Origin: Octopus sinensis
Taxonomy: Eukaryota
Direction of reading: 5' to 3'
Assembly (NCBI RefSeq): GCF_006345805.1
Contig: NC_043005.1
Coordinates: 6,944,001-7,008,000 of the forward strand
Length of the DNA: 64,000 nt
Shown here: positions 1 to 13,400 of the stretch, in pieces
How positions within the stretch are numbered: position 1 is the first letter of the stretch
Layout: the number at the start of each line of letters is the position of its first letter
Made by a program: the position numbers and the translations under genes
The notes under the pieces: model-generated
Told to the model about the DNA's origin: nothing
Seen by the model: the letters and a program-made list of their open reading frames with translations, nothing else
The model's database searches: none

Positions 1-355
<355 letters not shown>

Positions 356-639
356 ATCTCAAATGATGAAAATGAGTGCTCAACGCCACATTGGTGGATA
401 TAAGTTCTTTATTTGTGAATTAAGGCTACCATTGGTTTCATGTTAAGAAAAGTAGGAAAATATCCTAGTATCTTAATAATTTTTCAAGCCGATTACATGG
501 CAAACATCACAAAAAACTGTGACTCAGAGTTTTGCATTCCCATTTGTTGGACAGTTTGACCACAAATGTCTGACAAATGGAAACGTGAAACTCTAAGTTT
601 TTTGTGATGTTTTTGCAGCTTTAATAAAAAGGTATATTA

Positions 640-760
640 CTTCAACGTGAAATTAAATGTTTTGCCCAAGAACACAATGCACCACCAATCTGGGAATTGA
701 AACCATGACCTTGCAATTGCGTGTGTGACATCCTTAACCATTAGGCCACATGCCTTCACT
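640..760 (-). mobile_element. SINE family C fragment
   Basis: caacgtgaaattaaatgttttgcccaagaacacaatgc...aaccattaggccacatgcc matches 1-142. Confidence 0.65.
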
Positions 761-947
761 TAAAAGAACACTGGTTTTCCATATATGTATATATGTATTT
801 TTGTTTGGACAATCAGTGTTTATTGATTTACAGATGTTTCTTTGTTATTACTCCTGTTGCTAGAAATATAGCAAACCAGTGATTGACCTATTGGAAGCCT
901 TTAACCAGCAATGCTATTGTTCACAAACTGTGATATGAAATATATAT

Positions 948-1110
948 AGGTGTAGGAGTGGCTGTGTGGTAAGTAGCTTGCTTACCAGCCACATGGTTCC
1001 GGGTTCAGTCCCACTGCATGGCACCTTGAGCAAGTGTCTTCTACTATAGCCCCGGGCCAACCAAAGCCTTCTGAGTGGATTCGGTAGACGGAAACTGAAA
1101 GAAGCCTGTC

Positions 1111-1150
<40 letters not shown>

Positions 1151-1537
1151 GTGTTAGGAAGGGTCTTGGCGTTAGGAAGGGCATCCAGTCGTAGAAACAC
1201 TGCCAGATTTGACTGGGCCTGATGAAGCCTTCTGGCTTCACAGACCCCAGTAGAACCGTCCAACCCATGCTAGCATGGAAAACGGACGCTAAACGATGAT
1301 GATGATGATGATGTGTGTGTGTGTAAGTTTGTGTGTCTGTGTTTGTCCCCCTAACATCGCTTGACAACTGGTGTTGGTGTGTTTACGTCTCCGTAACTTA
1401 GCAGTTCGGCAAAAGAGACTGATAGAATAAGTACTAGGCTTACAAAGAATAAGTCCTAGGGTTGATTTGCTTGACTAAAGGCGGTGCTCCAGCATGGCCA
1501 CAGTGAAATGACTGAAACAAGTAAAAGAGTAAAAGAG
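948..1537 (+). mobile_element. SINE family A with nested RTE tail
   Basis: Head ggtgtaggagtggctgtgtggtaagtagcttgcttacc...gggttcagtcccactg, internal (AT)n, tail ...gactgaaacaagtaaaagagtaaaagag. Confidence 0.9.
1152..1312 (+). mobile_element. RTE-LINE 3' tail inserted in the SINE-internal microsatellite
   Basis: gttaggaagggcatccag...caacccatgctagcatggaaaacggacgctaaacgatgatgat tail shared with the RTE copy at 44114-45080. Confidence 0.8.
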
Positions 1538-2444
1538 TCTACTTACACCCCCCCCCATTCTGAGTCTCTCATCAAGGGAGGAGACACCATAAACCTACTT
1601 TTTAAAGCCTCCATTTAATAGCAGATATTGCACAGAGTGTGTGGAAGTTGAGAATCATAAGCAATTTTTTTTTTTTTTTGTATTATAAATGTATTATAAA
1701 TGTAATGGTACATGCTAGCTTACAGAAATGTGCAATATGTGTATCTGTGTATGTGTCAGTGTGTGTGTATGTGCACATGCGCATGTTTGTATGTGTGTAC
1801 GTTCCTTAGTAGACACCAGAAGGGTTCAGTTAGTGAAAAGGGGATGGAGAAAAGACAGTAAAAGAAAGAAAGTGAAGATGAAGAGAGAAGAAGAAAAAAA
1901 AAAAGCTGCTACTGAGAAAAAGGGAAAGGTACAGCTGACAATTCATCATTGTTTTGAAATATTTGGAGTAAGATGTTTTAGGGATCCATCCATCCAGCCA
2001 GCATAACAGAGGCAGGGAGAAAGAGTTAATGGACAAAGAAGCAGTTTTTAGGGGAGAGGAAAAGAGCCTGACAGAAGCTTATGTGGAAAGATGAAGGGAA
2101 TAAGCTGTGGCAGTTTGTGACTAATCCAGCTTTTCCTCATCACAATGAAATATGTGAGGTCTACGAAATGAATGACAGCATTGCATGACACGAAAGGATT
2201 GATGGAGCAATTGTCAATAGAAAGAGCCGACAACATTAATATTTACATGATATGAGATTTATTTACTTTGCAGACAACTATAAAATATTTACTTACCGTA
2301 AATATACCATATATATATACATTTGTATAAATGTGTGTGAATGTGTATATGTATGTATGTATATATATATAACACACATATATATATATGTTTATATGTA
2401 TATGTGTATATATATATATATATATTTTTTTTTTTTACTTGTTT

Positions 2445-2833
2445 CAGTCATTTGACTGCGGCCATGCTGGAGCACCGCCTTTAGTCGAGCGACTCGACCC
2501 CGGGACTTATTCTTTGTAAGCCCAGTACTTATTCTATCGGTCTCTTTTGCCGAACCGCTAAGTGACGGGGACATAAACACACCAACATCGGTTGTCAAGC
2601 AATGCTAGGGGGACAAACACAGACACACAAACACATACACACACATACATATATATATATATATACATATATACGACAGGCTTCTTTCAGTTTCCGTCTA
2701 CCAAATCCACTCACAAGGCATTGGTCGGCCCGGGGCTATAGCAGAAGACACTTGCCCAAGATGCCACGCAGTGGGACTGAACCTGGAACCATGTGGTTGG
2801 TAAGCAAGCTACTTACCACACAGCCACTCCTGT
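2445..2833 (-). mobile_element. SINE family A
   Basis: Reverse complement of the family A head, microsatellite and tail. Confidence 0.9.
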
Positions 2834-2912
2834 GCCTATGTGTATGTATATATACATGTGTGTGTGTGTGTTTGCATCTGTATATGTGTGTGTGTGTATA
2901 AAAAGTTATGAC

Positions 2913-3205
2913 AATGAGGGTCCCAGCTGATCTGATCAATGGAACAGCTTGCTCATGAAATTAATGTGCAAGTGGCTGAGCACTTCACAGACACATGTAC
3001 CATTAACATAGTTCCCAGGGAGATTCAGCATGACACAGAGTGTGACAAGGCTGGCCCTTTGAAATACAGGTACTACTCATTTTTGCCAGCTGAGTGAACT
3101 GGAGCAACGTGAAATAAAATGTCTTGCTCAAGGATACAATGTATCACCAAGAATTGAACTCCCGATCATGAGGTGAATACCATAACCACTAAGCCACATG
3201 CCTTC
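2913..3205 (-). mobile_element. SINE family C, near full length
   Basis: Same head/body as 1-142 plus tail gggtcccagctgatctgatcaatggaacagcttgctc. Confidence 0.75.
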
Positions 3206-3261
3206 ATTATATTATAAACATATATATATATATATATATATATACGCACACACATACATAT

Positions 3262-3313
<52 letters not shown>

Positions 3314-3821
3314 TGCATATACATATACATCTTTATATATATAAGATGTATATGTATATCTATATATGTCTGTATTGTATGTATATATATTTATATCTAC
3401 ATGTCTGTAATTTTATAACCAGTTTACCCAATTGAATCAAATAGCCATCTATGTACCATATTTAATGTATGTACACTTCGACAGGCAAAATATTGTGGTT
3501 TTTGTCCAAGATAAAATCTCTTTCTGACATGCTATGTTAAAGAGAGTAATAGATATGAGAAAGGGTTGAAAAATCATCTCGGCAGTGGCCAACAAGAACA
3601 CTGGATACATTTTGGCCTTCTTAGGCCATGTCAGTGATATGTACTTACAGGCCACATGCTTACGAACAAAATTTGTCACCTCTGCTATAGGAAACAATGA
3701 ATGATACCTTTATTGATATTGCAAATAGCCACCAAGCTACACAAAGATTAGATGTATGAAATCTCAACGGTTTAACTTAAAACAGCTATCTATATATCAT
3801 ACTTAGCAAATATACATAATA

Positions 3822-3948
3822 GGTGCAACCATGGCCATGTGGTAACACCCACATGGTTCCAAGTTCAGTCCCACTGCATTGCACTTTGGCCTCTACTATA
3901 GCCTTGTGAGTGGATTTGGTAGATGGAAACTGAAAGAAGCCTATCATA

Positions 3949-3979
<31 letters not shown>

Positions 3980-4140
3980 CTTTGTGTCTGTTTGTCACCC
4001 TCCCACCACCACCTACTGCTTGACAACCAGTGTTGGTGTGTTTATGTTTCCATAACTTAGCAATTCAGCAAGAGACCTGATAGAATAAGTACCAGGTTTA
4101 TAAGAAAAAATGAGTACTGAGGTCAATTTATTTGACTAAA
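3822..4140 (+). mobile_element. SINE family A, diverged
   Basis: atggttccaagttcagtcccactg...gccttgtgagtggatttggtagatggaaactgaaagaagcc, (GT)n, tail remnant. Confidence 0.75.
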
Positions 4141-4402
4141 AATTTTAATCAATGCATAGTTATTTTCTTACCTGCAGCAGTCATTCCATCAGTCTTCAAT
4201 ATATTTATCCGTATCCATGCCATTAGCCTGTTTTAATTATTTTCCTTAAACTCATTTTCTTTAAATTTGTGAAATGCATAATTCCTTGCCTTCTAGAATT
4301 AAGCTTATTCTTAAAAATCTCCAAAAGACACTCGAAAATAAAAATTTTTACTCATCTATATTGTTTTTTAAAAAAAGCTTCCTTTTAGAAAGTGAATCTA
4401 TC

Positions 4403-4830
4403 TCTTTTACTCTTTTACTCCTTTACTTGTTTCATTCATTTGGCTGTGGCCATGCTAGAGCACCTCCTTTAGTCGAGCAAATCGACCCCAGGACTTATTC
4501 TTTGTAAGCCTAGTACTTATTCTATCGGTCTTTTTTGCCAAACCACTAAGTTACGGGGATGCATCCGTTGTCAAGTGATGCTGGGGGGACAAACACAGAT
4601 GCACAAACATATACATACACATACATATACATATGTATATATATATATATATACATACAAACATATATACGACAAGCTTCTTTCAGTTTCTGTCTACCAA
4701 ATCCACTCACAAGGCTTTGGTCAGCCCGAGGCTATAGTAGAAGACATTTGCCCAAGGTGCCATGCAGTGGGACTGAACCCAGAACTATGTGGTTGGTAAG
4801 CAAGCTACTTACCACACAGCCACTCCTGCG
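4403..4830 (-). mobile_element. SINE family A
   Basis: Reverse complement of family A. Confidence 0.88.
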
Positions 4831-5225
4831 TCACAATATCGGTAATAATTCTCAATTAATTTTGGTAGATTTGTTTTAATCAAGATATTACTAACCTAGT
4901 TATTGCAATGTATAGAGAACTAACAATATTCTACATTGCTTATCATGAAACAAAAAGTTTATTTGCAAAACTTGAAATTCATAATTAAACTTAAGTGTTT
5001 GTTAATTTTTTATTTTAATAATTTAAAGTAGAAACCTTTTTTTTTTTTTTTTGCTTTCAATATTTTGCGATTGTACATTTTATGTAACTTATAAATCAAT
5101 AGAAACGTAACTTATTCAAAAATATTTATTACCCAAGGACACTTGTTTGATATTGTTACAGTTTTCCAGTAACATAAATTGATGGATATTTATATGTCTT
5201 GTGTATGTGTGTGTGTGTGTGTGTG

Positions 5226-5265
<40 letters not shown>

Positions 5266-5536
5266 ATTTATTTACATCTCATTACATAAGTTCAATTTGG
5301 AAAAAGAATATTAAAATTCTTCTAATCATCATTTAATTATCAACATGCATTCTTAAGCAACCATAAAAACATTGACTATAACATAATGGTAATGTCTATG
5401 GAATGGATTTCCTCTGCAAACCTGTTAAGTATCTCAATGAGTACTGATACTAAAAACATGTGAGATATTGTCTTATTGTAAGAGGAGAGCTCCAACTAAT
5501 ATATTTTTCTAAGTCTGGTATAATATTCTCTCTTTA

Positions 5537-5768
5537 AGGCAGCAAGCTGGCAGAACCATTAGCACGCCAGGCGAAATTCTTAGTGGTATTTCGTCTGCCA
5601 CTTTGTTCTGAGTTCAAATTCCACCAAGGTCGACTTTGCCTTTCATCCTTTCGGGGTCGATTAAATAAGTACCAGTTACACACTGGAGTCAATGTAATTG
5701 ACTTAATCCGTCTGTTTGTCCTTGTTTGTCCCCTCTGTGTTTAGCCCCTTGTGGGTAGTAAAGAAATA
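5537..5768 (+). mobile_element. SINE family B with 15-bp TSD
   Basis: aaggcagcaagctggcagaacc...gtcgactttgcctttcatcctttcggggtcga...gtgggtagtaaagaaata; flanked by ggtataatattctct / ggtatgatattctct. Confidence 0.9.
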
Positions 5769-6390
5769 GGTATGATATTCTCTGTTCACTCTATCTTTAT
5801 CTTCAACACCTTTGTATGATATATTCTCATCAATGCCCAGGTATCTGTAGCCTCCTAGCTTGTGTAGAATGGGAGAGATAGAGAGAACAATGACGCACAA
5901 GTTTGGAGTTTGGGAAACTGATTTTCCATGTTTAACAATCAAATTTTGGCCAAATTCCTTTCCTATGTCAGCTAACAATGTTAACTCCAGGTGTGTTTTG
6001 ACATTGCATTTTAGCGTAGATCTTCAGATCTTTCACAAAAAAATTAGGGGTTGCATTGATAGCTCTAGTAATGGAAGACACCAGTGTATAACCATTTGAT
6101 TTTTGTAACAAAAATGATAACAGATTTAATGCCAAAATAAACAAAAGTACAGAGAGAATATTGGAATGTTCCTTTTAAAATATTTATAACACCAGAAACC
6201 ATTGTTCTACTTTTAGCTGTGTGAGGATTTTTGCCCAAATGTTTGTGAACCTCTCAATGGCAGCAACTAAGGTAGCAAGTGCAGAGACTTCAACTGCTGT
6301 GAGTGGGGAAAAGAGTCAAATGCTTTCCTATAATCAAGCCATACTGTTACAATGTTTCTCTGGTGTTTTCATATTTCAGATGGCACAGCT

Positions 6391-6830
6391 TTCATCATCA
6401 TCATCATCGTTTAACGTCCGTTCTCCATGCTAGCATGGGTTGGACGGTTCGACCGGGGATCTGGGAAGCCAGAAGGCTGCACCAAGCTCCGGTCTTATCT
6501 GGCAATGTTTCTACAGCTGGATGCCCTTCCTAACGCCAACCACTCCGTGAGTGTAGTGGGTGCTTTTTACGTGCCACCTGCACTGGTGCCAGGCGAGGCT
6601 GGCATCGGCCACGGTCGGATTGGTGCATTTTACGTGCCACCTGCACGGAAGCCCGTCGAGGCGGCACTGGCATCAGCCACGATTCAGATGGTGCTTTTTA
6701 CGTGCCACCGACACGGAAGCCAGATGGGGCGGCGCTGGCATCAGCCATGATTCGGATAGTGCTTTTTACGTATCTCCAGTCTAGGGGTCCTGGCATCTGC
6801 CAGGTGCCAGTCATAGGATTGGTTCAATTT
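6391..6830 (-). mobile_element. RTE-LINE 3' end with about 4 minisatellite units
   Basis: (CAT)n tail, tttaacgtccg...ccatgctagcatgggttggacgg, units starting near 6561, 6624, 6692, 6760. Confidence 0.85.
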
Positions 6831-7270
6831 CGATTCCGATTTCGATTTCACTTGCCCCAACAGGTCAATTTTATCGAAAATTGTTTGACACATCTGCACA
6901 CTCCATTCTTTCCACCAGCTTGTTCATCAGTCACTATGTTGTTTGACTCACAATGTTTCTCGAAGAACTGGCTGAGACAACTTGTGTAAACCTTGAGCAT
7001 AACATTTAGGCAAGCAATGGTGGTCTCATTCTTGGCTACAAGATTCATCCATACTATAGCAAACCAATTTGATATGCCAATCTGGTCTTCCATATTTCTT
7101 TTGAATATGTACATTAATGGGTTCCCATAGGCCTGTATTAGGTCTCTTCAAGGTGCCTTTTCATTATGGATGTATTTATTCTGTCCTTCTCTTTTTAATT
7201 TAGAGTAAATTTTGATTGGCTAACTACTTAGTCGCAGGGTTATGAAGGAAAACATCTTGTTTTGTTCATC

Positions 7271-7678
7271 ATAGGCACAGGAGTGGCTGTGTGGTAAGTA
7301 GCTTGTTTACCAACCACATGGTTCTGGGTTCAGCCCCACTGCATGGCACCTTGGGCAAGTGTCTTCTACTATAGCCCCGGGCTGACCAAAGCCTTGTGAG
7401 TGGATTTGGTAGACAGAAACTGAAAAGAAGCCCGTCGTATATATGTATAAATATATATATATGCATGTGTGTGTTTGTGTGTCTGTGTTTGTCCCCCTAG
7501 CATGGCTTGACAACCGATGCTGGTGTGTTTATGTCCCCGTTACTTAGCGGTTCGGCAAAAGAGACTGATAGAATAAGTACTGGGCTTACAAAAGAATAAG
7601 TCCCGGGGTCGAGTTGCTCGATTAAAGGCGGTGCTCCAAGATGGCCACAGTCAAATGACTGAAACAAGTAAAAGAGTA
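7271..7678 (+). mobile_element. SINE family A
   Basis: Full head-to-tail match to family A. Confidence 0.9.
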
Positions 7679-7684
7679 TCCTTT

Positions 7685-8810
7685 AAATCTTAAGGTCTTG
7701 CAGATTCTTATAGCCCCAGGTATTGTGATCATTTGTAGTGTATAAATTCAGTGTATGAATTGTAGTGTATGAATTCTCTCCCAGAACCTAAGTTCTGCTA
7801 TACTTTGCTCCAAATGGGTTGGTGTGTATCCTGTTGCTCCAAAAATCAGTATGAAACTGAAAGTGTATCCTGCATACAAGATTTACAAATTCCTTATCAA
7901 TGGTTCATTGATGTCCTCTTGCTCTTGTATTTCTCTAACCCCATTGGTATTCAGAGAGCTGCTGATTTCCACATCAGAACATACCTTTTCCTTGTGGTTT
8001 CATACAATAATATCTGGCTGGTTGTGCTTTAACTTGGCGGCTGCCTCAATCTTTAAGTTCCGTCAATATTCTTTTGACTCATCCATCTCAATATTGTCAA
8101 TTTCATCTGTAGGTGTTTTCTTTTTTGTTATCCTGTTCCAGACATTTCTGGCCCCTGCATCATGATTCATCATCATCATCATCATCGTTTAGCGTCCGCT
8201 TTCCATGCTAGCATGGGTTGGACAGTTCAACTGGGGTCTGGGAAGCCAGAAGGCTGCACCAGGCCCAGTTTGATCTGGTAGTGTTTCTACGGCTGGATGC
8301 CCTTCCTAACACCAACCACTCCATGAGTGTAGTGGGTGCTTTTTACGTGCCACCGGCACAGATGCCAGATGAGTCTGGCAAGAGGCCACGATCGGATGGT
8401 GCTTTTTATGTGCGTCCGGCATGGGGGCCAGGCGAGGCTGGCAATGGCCACAAACGGATGGTGCTTTTTACGTGTCACCGGCATGGGAGCCAGGTGAGGC
8501 TGGCAACGGGAAAGAAATAATGTCTGGAAGACATTCTCTCACAGTTAGCAATAATGTGGTTGATGTGTTCAGTATAGTTTCTGCACAACCTACATTTGGT
8601 GTTTGTCAATGTTTTCTGCTTCTGGTACTGTATGTACTTGACAGGGATCTGTTGGTCTTGAATTACACAGAGGTAGCCTTCAAAATGGGATGTCATAAAC
8701 TTGTTGGTACACAATGCAAGGCTTTTGACTTGATCAATGCCTTCTATGCTTTGAGATTTTCATGCCAAGTAACCATGTACAATCTTCTAAGTGAACTGGT
8801 CTATCTTTTC
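7685..8810 (-). mobile_element. R4/Dong-like remnant: CCHC zinc knuckle and restriction-like endonuclease
   Basis: Minus strand: FEGYLCVIQDQQI...TKCRLCRNYTEHINHIIANC, then NHDAGARNVW...KHNQPDIIV...DVEIS...LIFGATG, matching the RHD / PD-D / GA(T)G motifs of REL-type LINEs. Confidence 0.8.
8166..8512 (-). mobile_element. RTE-LINE 3' end with about 3 minisatellite units, inserted in the R4 remnant
   Basis: (CAT)n tail and repeated ggtgctttttacgtgccaccggca units; the R4 reading resumes on both sides. Confidence 0.85.
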
Positions 8811-8811
8811 A

Positions 8812-9842
8812 GTATGTATGTATGTACGTATATAAGTATGTATGTATGTATGTATGTATGTATGTATGTATGTATGTATGTATGTATGTATGTATGTGTG
8901 TGTGTATGTATGTGTGTGTGTATGTATGTGTGTGTGTATGTATGTATGTGTGTATGTATGTGTGTATGTGTGTATGTATGTGTGTGTTTATGTATGCATG
9001 TATGTGTGTATGTATGTATGTGTGTGTGTATGTATGTATGTATGTATATGTATGTATGTATGTGTGAGTGTGTGTGTATGTATGTATGTATGTATGTATG
9101 TGTGTATGTGTGTATGTATGTATGTGTGTATGTATGTATGTATGTATGTATGTATGTGTGTATGTGTGTATGTATGTATGTGTGTGTTTATGTATGCATG
9201 TATGTGTGTATGTATGTATGTGTGTGTGTATGTATGTATGTATGTATGTATGTGTGTATGTGTGTGTGTATGTATGTATGTATGTATGTGTGTATGTGTG
9301 TATGTATGTGTGTATGTGTGTATGTGTGTATGTATGTATGTATGTGTGTATGTATGTATGTGTGTGTTTATGTATGCATGTATGTGTGTATGTATGTATG
9401 TATGTGTGTGTGTATGTATGTATGTGTGTATGTATGTATGTATGTATGTATGTGTGTATGTGTGTATGTATGTGTGTTTATGTATGCATGTATGTATGTA
9501 TGTGTGTGTGTATGTATGTATGTATGTATGTATGTATGTGTGAGTGTGTGTGTATGTATGTATGTATGTATGTGTGTATGTGTGTATGTATGTGTGTATG
9601 TGTGTATGTGTGTATGTATGTATGTATGTGTGTATGTATGTATGTGTGTGTTTATGTATGCATGTATGTGTGTATGTATGTATGTATGTGTGTGTGTATG
9701 TATGTGGTGTGTATGTATGTATGTGTGTATGTATGCGTGTATGTGTGTATGTATGTATGTGTGTGTGTATGTATGTGTGTGTATGTATGTACGTATGTAT
9801 GTATGTATGTATGTATGTATGTATGTATGCATGTATGTTATG
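8812..9842. repeat. About 1-kb compound (TATG)n/(TG)n microsatellite
   Basis: Direct reading; produces the 479-aa MYVC ORF. Confidence 0.95.
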
Positions 9843-12800
9843 TTGTTAGTATGTACTTAAGTATGTATATCACTTTAGCTTTATCCTAATATGATAAAAG
9901 CCCAATAAACAAATACTCCAAATTTCCATATACTAGCAGTTTTGTAAGTATATACAACTAGAAGTTTGTACAAGGAACGATGAAACAATAATAATAAAAT
10001 CATGATTAATGACTGGCTTAAATATATCCTTTGAACTAGATGATCAGAGATCAACAGAAAATGCATTCTACTATCTTGGGACAGGGAAGCTTTGTTATCA
10101 TATTTAGTGGCTGCAAAATGAAGATATGTCAAAAACAAGTCTTATACAAGAGGATGAGAAATAACAGGATCAATGCTTTGAAGACTTTGTCATTAGCAAA
10201 GTTTTAAATATTATCCTCTGATCAATATTGATTTAGTAAAGTTATATGTAGTAATCTTTGGTACTATCACAATTGCATTTATTGAAGATAAGACAGGTTA
10301 CAGCATTCTGAATTTATTAATGTTTGATCTGGTGATATCAAAAAAATAATGAATTATACATTTTATACATTTCCAATTTAAAGCTAATTAATGTATGGAT
10401 ATTTCTATGTAATTGAGACAATCTATTTTTTCTGAGAGGAAGAAGCAGCTGTCAAGGATCTTATTGACATGGGCATTGATGTTAAGTACAGAGTCTAATG
10501 AATTCTAAGATACTTTGCATTCAGCAACAATCACAAAGTAATTTATATTTGAAGTAAAATCCAGTTGAGATAAAGCCCTAGTAACAACAACAGAAAAAGA
10601 AAACAAAAACAAAAGCTGTGGCCTTGAAGTGAAAGAAAGACTACAAATGAAGTAATCAAGTAGATGATTGTAACTTTATTACAGCCGAGAATGTAGATGA
10701 CTACAGGTGCTATATCATTCAATGGTGCCCTCAAGATATGAATTACCTTTTAAAGCAGTGTTGAAAATCACACAAGTTTAAACAATGCTTTAATATTGAT
10801 GAAAGCATCAGACCTTCCCAATGTTGTGCCTAAATGTATGCTTACAAAAATATATCTATTGTCATGAGGTATCATAATATATAAAGGATGTCTCAACTTC
10901 TATTTATGGAAAGCTTTTCAGAATAAGTAAATATCTGAGTTTTGTAATTAGTCATAATGTTAATTATTAGCAATCTAATCGTTTCTCATATCTAATGAAT
11001 GATAAGGAATGATAAGGAATGATAAAGAAGAGTGTCTTAATATGTTGAGCTGTTTTCACAGTTATAGAACCATTCATGAAAGAAGGCTATATAAACGAAA
11101 ATTTAAGAATATAATGCTGACTTTGCTTGCATGAAATAGAATATTGCCAGCCTTAAATTGCTAGTACTGATGAAAACATCATTTGTTATATTTATCAATA
11201 AATACATGGAAATGAATAAGTTTATCTATGTATACAGGCTATATGTGTGCATTTATACATTAACAGAAAAATAAATATGCGTGCATATGTATATGCGTGC
11301 ATATGTGTGCATATGTGTGCATATGTGTGCATGCATACAAATATCCAAGTTTGTGTGTGTGTGTTTTGTGAGCATTCTGACACACATGTAATTTCTCTTT
11401 TGAGGTATCTAAAGAAAGGAAAAAAAAAACATTTTGTAGTGTCATTTTCTTTTCTTTTTTCATAGCCCACCATCCCCTGTAGTACTATTTTTTCAATACA
11501 TGCAATAATTTAATATTTACATTTAATTAAGATCATTGGACTTTTTTATAGCCCTTTTAGTAGCGATGTTTTTATAAATCTATATTATGTCTGAAAGAAT
11601 ACTTTCTAAATGAAGTATTGTAAAGTTATTAAAAGTGAATAGAACTTGATATTCTTTTATTTTGCATCTTCATACAGGAAACAACAAATTATATTTACTG
11701 GGTATTTTTTTTTCTTTTGATATAATAATATCAGAGAAGAAAATAAGAATAACCACATTTATTCATAAGAAGTATGGATATCTAGAATTGTGGTTAGAAA
11801 GTTACTTTTCTATGTTAAAAACTACAAATGAAATATTAAAACAATATTTAAGCCAGCTGAATGAAGCAAACACAAAAATGTACAAATTTTAAAGAATTTC
11901 TTCCCATATATTTGACAGAATGAAACATTTTGAATAAACTATTCATGTTTTTATGAGGAAGAAAAGCAATGCTGCTAATGTTGCATCATAGAATGTTCTA
12001 AACAAAATTTCCCTTCTTCAAATCATTCTTCAAATCACAATATTATACAAATTAATAGTTGAACAGGGAAAAATTATAAATGGCAGAAATCAGATATCCT
12101 ACAAGAAAGGAATTCATTCAGTTTATAATGTAAAGTTAAACACCAAATTAAAAAGAGATTTGAAAGTTAAAAAGATATTTTTTCGTTCTATAAGTTAAAA
12201 ATATATTTTCTTGTTCCATTTCTGTGTACTGCTGCAAATGGTCATATTTCAACTCAAATTCCTTAATACTGGTATTCATCACCTTTCATTTTTAGGTGAC
12301 TTTACACTTTCATCCCTTTTCTACTTAACAAATTGGTTTTATTTTATGGCAACCTAGCATTCAGTCAAATCTTACACATTTTCCCCTTCTTTACTGAAAA
12401 TATCAGGATGGCCCTCTCTTTAACATTTGGCAGATTTGCAGCCACCTCACTTCTAGTAAAAATTAAATTTCTCAGAAAAGAATTATTCTTTCATTTGTAT
12501 TAAACTCTTATTTACAATTACCAAAGCTTCTCCTGAAATACAAATTTCTGTAAGTTCTTTCTTCAATAAATATATGAATATCACTGCTCAATCAGATCCA
12601 TGATCTTTTGTCATCATTTGTGTGTTGCTTTTGTGGACTAAATTCCATCAGTAACTTGCCTTCACTTGTGAGTTGCCCTTGTGAAGATAACTTATCTTCC
12701 ATCAGTAACACGTGCAATCCCATCTGTCAGAAAGCATTGATTTCAAGGATATCCACACCAAGAATGTGTTTCTATGAAAGATTTTCTTATCCTTATCACT

Positions 12801-13049
12801 GCATTCAATTATTAAACAACTTGAACGGCTCTTCTATTTGCAATCAATTTCTATGGACCAGCATTTATTTGGCTGCATTCTGTCTTTAATTTATTTGGAA
12901 CCCCACTCTGTTGTTGTGGTATATAAATGTGGACTCAATACAAAAGTGTAGCATTTACCTATACTTGAATGCATTCTCTTGACTATTTGATACACAGGAC
13001 AAACACAATGATTGCTTAAAATAGATTTTTAGACCATTCTCTATCCTGA

Positions 13050-13400
13050 TCATTGCAAAACTGAAAACAAGAATCTTTGACACTCCTAAGATTCCAATTA
13101 TTTAAAATTTGTAAATAATGCTGAAGTTTTGGTCGAGAGCAATTATTTAAGTCTCAATTATTGTTACCACAGAATAGCAAATTGATGCAAAAGATATTTG
13201 GTAAATTTTAAAGTTTGGAAGCTAATATAGATACACCTTTTCCATAGTTACTAGGACAAATTTCTTGAGAATCTTGGTGATTTTAGTTAGGAATATTAGA
13301 GAGAGATTCCATCAGGATATAAAGGTTATAAAGGAAAGATATCAAAACAGATGAGGCAGACAATTGCTGGATGATTGTAGCGATCGTACAAATACAAAAG
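13050..13400 (+). mobile_element. Chapaev/CMC-type DNA transposase remnant
   Basis: Translates with stops and one frameshift as IHLFHSY*DKFLENLGDFS*EY-ERFHQDIKVIKERYQNR, close to the HFLHSHLDFFPENLGxVSDExGERFHQDIxxMExRYQG motif. Confidence 0.7.

Larger units (their letters stand above)
5330..7260 (-). mobile_element. R4/Dong-like non-LTR retrotransposon remnant, reverse transcriptase region (interrupted by SINE B and an RTE tail)
   Basis: Minus-strand peptides TIACLNVMLKVYTSCL...NNIVTDEQAGGK, VWLDYRKAFDSFPHS, ADIGKEFG...GGYRYLGIDE, REYYTRLRK resemble R4-clade RT motifs; stops and deletions present. Confidence 0.75.

Noticed and set aside
1216-1240. CTGATGA followed by hairpin AGCC-TTCT-GGCT (also near 15768) looks like a hammerhead
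   Set aside because: No GAAA after stem II; it is a point variant of ctggtgcagcc in the RTE tail.
2602-2901. Recurrent ORFs such as QASFSFRLPNPLTRLWSARGYSRRHLPKVP
   Set aside because: Translations of SINE family A, not a protein family.
8421-9889. 479-aa and overlapping ORFs rich in MYVC/HTYI
   Set aside because: TATG/TG repeats lack stop codons in several frames; artefact. The same applies to the IY, SL/ER, HT and poly-V/T/F ORFs elsewhere.
10420-10730. Short coding-looking stretches (EEAAVKDLIDMGID; ENVDDYRCYIIQW)
   Set aside because: No convincing splice donors and no recognisable homology.
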